This document shows positions 62,864 through 64,000 of a stretch of DNA of 64,000 nucleotides, piece after piece (position 1 is the first letter of the stretch; every line of letters begins with the position of its first letter). The notes below the pieces were generated by a model that made no database searches, was not told where the DNA came from, and worked only from the letters and a program-made list of their open reading frames with translations. Source of the stretch: an uncultured Bacteroidaceae bacterium (GTDB lineage Bacteria; Bacillota; Clostridia; Christensenellales; CAG-917); NCBI GenBank assembly GCA_964599875.1, contig CAZRHE010000002.1, forward strand, positions 22,415 to 86,414, given 5' to 3'. Made by a program: the position numbers and the translations under genes.

Positions 62864-62864
62864 T

Positions 62865-64000
62865 ATGAAAATAGCAAGCGGAAAACTGAAAACGATTTTG
62901 GTTGCGGTGATTATTTTCGTCCTTGCCGTGACTATGGTTGCGTGCAACTACAATCCCGCGACTAACGACGGAATCCCATCGGGCGGCGGAAACGATAATA
63001 ACGGCGGAAACCTTTTGGGCGACGATTCGAGCGGCACGACGAGCGGAAGTTCGGAGGACGTTTTCACCGTGAGATTGAGCGAAAAGGTGGCGACTGCTTA
63101 TCTTATCGACATAAAAGTCATCTGGACGGACGTTGAAAGCAGTAGCGGCGCGTATTATTCGGCAAGTTTCGACAAAGACGGCGTCGCGCGAGTAAGCGGT
63201 CTTGACGGAGATTACAAAGTCACGTTGTCCGCAATTCCGAAAGGATACACCTATAACCCCAATGTCTACGTCACGAACAGGGATGAAAGGGATATAGTCA
63301 TTCAAATTTTCAAGTTGGGCGAGGTGAGCAATCCCGACGCTACGGGACTCAGCAGTTACGACCGTTTTATCCTTAAATCTACGGGCGCATACAGAGCGGT
63401 TCTCACTGCGGATAACTTCGAAAACGGCTTGTGGTTTACGTACGAGCCTCAGACCGCCGGTGAATATTCCTTGGAAACCTTGATTGACGTCACGGCGAAC
63501 AAACTCTGTCCCATGCTCGACTATCACGGCGGCTCCTTTGCCTTCGTCAATCCGACCGGCACGACGATAGAGGGCGGCGGAGAGGAAAGCACCTATACGA
63601 AGAACGTTCGATGGGAAATGAAGGTCAGCGGAAGTCAATATCCGACGTTCCATTTCCACATTTACGCTACGACGCTGGATAAAAACGTGTTCCCGATAAA
63701 CGTGGACTTCATTCTCGAAAGGGACGGAGAATACACGGATAGCGGAAAATTGCAAACGATAGAGGTCGAGGCGACGCACGATTTCGACGCGATTTCGGAT
63801 ATTGCTTTCAGCGATTATAGAGGAAGTTTCACCGCGTATTACGAATTCGACGGCAACAACGGTTTGCTCGACGGCTCCAAAGTCCACTATGCGGGCGAAA
63901 ACGCGAAGAGCGAAGCGGAGAGAAGAGCAAACGACTACTATTACGTCGAACTTGCGGACGGCACGAAAAAGATACTGTACGCAAGGATTACGAAGGACAC
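62865..64000 (+). CDS. putative lipoprotein (5' part; continues past right edge)
   Basis: Not in the ORF track because there is no stop in the window. ATG 62865 lies 1 nt after the upstream stop. The signal peptide MKIASGKLKTILVAVIIFVLAVTMVAC ends in a lipobox-like VAC, followed by a Gly/Asn/Ser-rich linker. I read the frame as open to position 64000. Confidence 0.7.
   Translation, partial: MKIASGKLKTILVAVIIFVLAVTMVACNYNPATNDGIPSGGGNDNNGGNLLGDDSSGTTSGSSEDVFTVRLSEKVATAYLIDIKVIWTDVESSSGAYYSASFDKDGVARVSGLDGDYKVTLSAIPKGYTYNPNVYVTNRDERDIVIQIFKLGEVSNPDATGLSSYDRFILKSTGAYRAVLTADNFENGLWFTYEPQTAGEYSLETLIDVTANKLCPMLDYHGGSFAFVNPTGTTIEGGGEESTYTKNVRWEMKVSGSQYPTFHFHIYATTLDKNVFPINVDFILERDGEYTDSGKLQTIEVEATHDFDAISDIAFSDYRGSFTAYYEFDGNNGLLDGSKVHYAGENAKSEAERRANDYYYVELADGTKKILYARITKD

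Noticed and set aside
1-64000. Search by eye for CRISPR arrays, tRNA/rRNA genes, IS elements and integrases.
   Set aside because: I saw no regularly spaced direct repeats, no tRNA-like GTTCGAATC T-arm motifs in the intergenic gaps, and no transposase or integrase motifs in any listed ORF. The eye scan is not exhaustive, so tRNAscan-SE, Infernal and ISfinder searches would be needed to confirm this.

Overview
64 kb chromosomal window, probably from a spore-forming Clostridia-class Firmicute. Supporting this are the spoVT-yabM-mazG and yabB-rsmI synteny known from Bacillus, a SCIFF peptide with its radical-SAM maturase, and sigma-A type TTGACA/TATAAT promoters. About 60 CDS are packed tightly, often with ATGA or TGATG start/stop overlaps. 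No rRNA, tRNA, CRISPR array, integrase or transposase was seen. Housekeeping genes present: rplI, rsmI, dnaB/dnaI-like replication restart genes, queT behind a preQ1-I riboswitch, dusB, trmL, pgk-tpiA-gpmI, polA and coaE. Several accessory islets interrupt them. (1) 2.3-10.7 kb holds a soluble TraG/VirD4-like coupling-protein ATPase plus a Sel1-like protein. These are transcribed back-to-back with an operon of three deeply diverged paralogs (two winged-helix-like modules, an acidic linker and a shared C-domain) and a small DUF1828-like protein. No secretion channel, relaxase or integrase is present. This is my best candidate for an undescribed system. (2) 21.3-23.8 kb holds an XRE repressor and three tandem zinc-ribbon/TM2-domain membrane proteins. 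(3) 28.4-29.7 kb holds a MuF-motif toxin-like gene followed by two DUF4926-like immunity-type paralogs. (4) 33.4-41.4 kb holds an ABC exporter plus two about 900-aa membrane-anchored Big_2/beta-helix paralogs that share an exact 874-bp tract, indicating recent gene conversion. (5) 47.8-51.5 kb holds a MarR regulator whose palindromic operator occurs twice, in front of marR and in front of an HXXEE-membrane/MacB-like ABC operon. (6) 51.6-54.5 kb holds a SCIFF precursor that is absent from the ORF track, its maturase and a translationally coupled PLP decarboxylase. (7) 54.8-64.0 kb holds a MoxR-DUF58-VWA (Bat-like) operon. All family assignments rest on motif recognition by eye, and none has been confirmed by a search.
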